In this document: one piece after another, positions 61,701 to 64,000 of the stretch
How positions within the stretch are numbered: position 1 is the first letter of the stretch
How the letters are laid out: every line of letters starts with the position of its first letter
Position numbers and translations under genes: made by a program
Notes under the pieces: model-generated
The model's database searches: none
What the model saw: only the letters and a program-made list of their open reading frames with translations
Told to the model about the DNA's origin: nothing
From: Fimbriosthenelais zetlandica
Taxonomy: Eukaryota
Direction: 5' to 3'
Length of the DNA: 64,000 bases
Assembly: GCA_977030845.1 (NCBI GenBank)
Contig: OZ365114.1
Location: 21,514,001-21,578,000, forward strand

Positions 61701-64000
61701 CAAGGGAATCCTCCAACATGAGGAATCGGTAGGTGGACGACAGAAGGCATTGTGTATTCCACGAGGCCTCCTCCTATATACATGGCACCGAGATATGTGT
61801 GTGTGCCGCCTCCTTCAAAGAATACCCATTCCTTTTCATATCTCACACAATGCCTCTGTCTGCATACATTTCTATGGCTATAGATGCAGAGGCATATTCT
61901 GGCAAAACACTGGTGGAGTCCCTTTACAATGCAGTTATTTCATATCCGAGGGAATAGACTCTCTTGCTGCATAGAGAGCGCCTGAATAGGCTACCTAGAT
62001 ATTTTTTCAATGGTGACAATGTCTAACGATTCTTATTAAACATTATTGAAGATCAAGCAGCCTACTCACCTAAAAAGAACACTTGTGGTCGAGCTTTGTA
62101 CATGGGTGAAGAGCGATGGGTACATCGGCCTGCAAGATCAAAACTATTAACGTATGGTATCATTATATAGTTGAATATTCGGCAACAAACAATCTAAATT
62201 ATTATGAAAGATGGGATATGAGAAGGCATTGGAAGGTTATGTTTGAATAGAAAACTTGTTTTGTTATTGAAATAACAAATAGTATGAAAAGTACTTCTAT
62301 GGTAGACATATAGGTAAATTATTGGTCATGCTTTCATCCACAAAAGGAATGATTGTTCGCGGAACAACGAAACAAGAAAAATTGCCATGTCTGGAAATGT
62401 GATGGAGATATCCCCAAGAGTTCGCCTACTCTCTTATCTCTGTCATAGCTATTGTTGTGTGAATACCCCCATGAACAGGAGTTCAATTAGATGTATACAT
62501 TACTGGCGAATGATTGACACTTTTGTTTGCCTTGGAATTCCAACGTCACGCACATTACCAATGGACTATATTGTGGGGCAAAATATATACACACATGACA
62601 TCACGAAGTATAAGTGGTGGTAAGGGGTCTTTTTTATTACTGCTTGTTATCCAATCAACCCATGACCCCAAGGCCCTCCTCCTAGCGCCACTGAATACAT
62701 GTAACAATAGTAAATAGTCCCTCTTTTGTGCCGGTATCAAACGCTGCCATATAGAGAGCATGCCAAGCTCTAGATACTCCATTGTATCATGTCCCCCACC
62801 TTCCATCCCCTCTTTTTTCCCAGCTTCAAATCGTTCTGAGCTCCCATAGCGAATGCCTCTGGGGTAGTTTAGAAGCAGGAATTGTGGAGAATAATACAAT
62901 CTCCCGTCATCCCTCCATCTGGCACCTGTCACGTGAATGTGCAGTGCGCATGCGCCTACTACTGAGCGATAATAGGGGTAGCATATGGAAAGGTTGGGAA
63001 GACATTTTAGGGGCGGTTCAGGATTTATGGCCAAAAAATGGACTAGAATGATAATACCGTTTCCGTGGTCTTATAATAAGCTCTCTTATATTGCCTATAA
63101 GCTTAAATCTGACCTATATCTAGCAGACTGTCATATCTGTCAGACTGTCAAGTGTAAGCAAAGGTATCATAACTGCACGTAGTCCAATGTCTTCAAAATT
63201 CACGATAAGAGAAAAATAAACTTTCAGTAGGGTTCAACAAAAAATAGGTTAAACAGAAATTGGCCTATCTCAACCTCTTCCCTTCTATCCCATCCATTCG
63301 GCTAAGTAATAAGGGAGGAATGTACAAGCTGGCATTAAAGATAGATAAACGGTTGAAAGCATTATGTGTAAACGATATAGACCGCCAAATTAGAGGGTAG
63401 AGGCAGGTAGAGTGTGGATAAAGGTCTTGATCACATCCCGCCCCTCCAATTCATGCCCGGAAAAACAGAGGCACGTGGCATGACGTATGGCCACCCATTT
63501 CTGATTGTTTTTCACCAGGTAACACACCGACTGGCAAATCAGGTGTATATTTAGCATGCCTTGTCAAGTCTACCTTCTTTCACCTTAGACTAGCCTTCGT
63601 CCAAAAATCTTATATAAGAATGCATTGCGATTTTGCAAGCATTTGTAGCAGAGGTATGCTCTTCAATTCTCTCAAACAGATCTGAACATGGTATTAAGAA
63701 TGGTACGTATACTTGAGTAATTTAAAGAAATACTGAATCTAAATGTGTTTTCTATGAGTGAAATCTCCTTTAAAATCGAAGAAATAATATAACCTTATAG
63801 GGAAAAAATTGTGTGTATGGTGCCCAAAACATACATGTGTACATGTATGCCTATATGTGTTAGAACTACTTTCTATCGGCTTCATAATTATATGTGGTTC
63901 ACTTTTAAACTGAAGTATAATTATATTATCGGATTTTTTCATCGCCTTTATTGGCAACAACAAAGCAGAATGTAATATTCACTTTTCTGCCTTGTTTCAA

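Noticed and set aside
62555-63034. 159-aa minus-strand ORF
   Set aside because: No domain or codon signal I can recognise; the length is compatible with chance.

Overview
Eukaryotic (animal) genomic DNA, roughly 40% GC by eye, from an invertebrate bilaterian. An echinoderm or other deuterostome is plausible but the taxon cannot be fixed from sequence alone. The only convincing protein-coding gene is an intronless SoxB1 (Sox1/2/3-class HMG-box transcription factor) on the minus strand at 6907-7899. It has a TATA/CCAAT/octamer promoter, a predicted TSS near 7980, and a predicted 3'UTR of about 2.9 kb ending near the AATAAA at 3979-3984. The remaining ~56 kb upstream is a gene desert made of heavily decayed LINE (CR1/L2-like) remnants, a SINE head, small tandem duplications, and many CpG-rich islands dense in transcription-factor motifs, consistent with the regulatory landscape of a developmental gene. 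The most notable observations are: (1) a miR-92 site with extensive 3' supplementary pairing plus two more seed sites in the SoxB1 3'UTR; (2) homotypic Sox-site clusters and a composite motif shared between distant islands, suggesting autoregulation; (3) orphan NRF1/ETS/CRE promoters followed by chains of good splice sites, suggesting lncRNAs; and (4) strong enrichment of the TAGGCCTA and TACATGTA palindromes, which may be transposon excision footprints. No CRISPR array, rRNA or intact tRNA was found. All motif and TE calls were made by eye without database searches.
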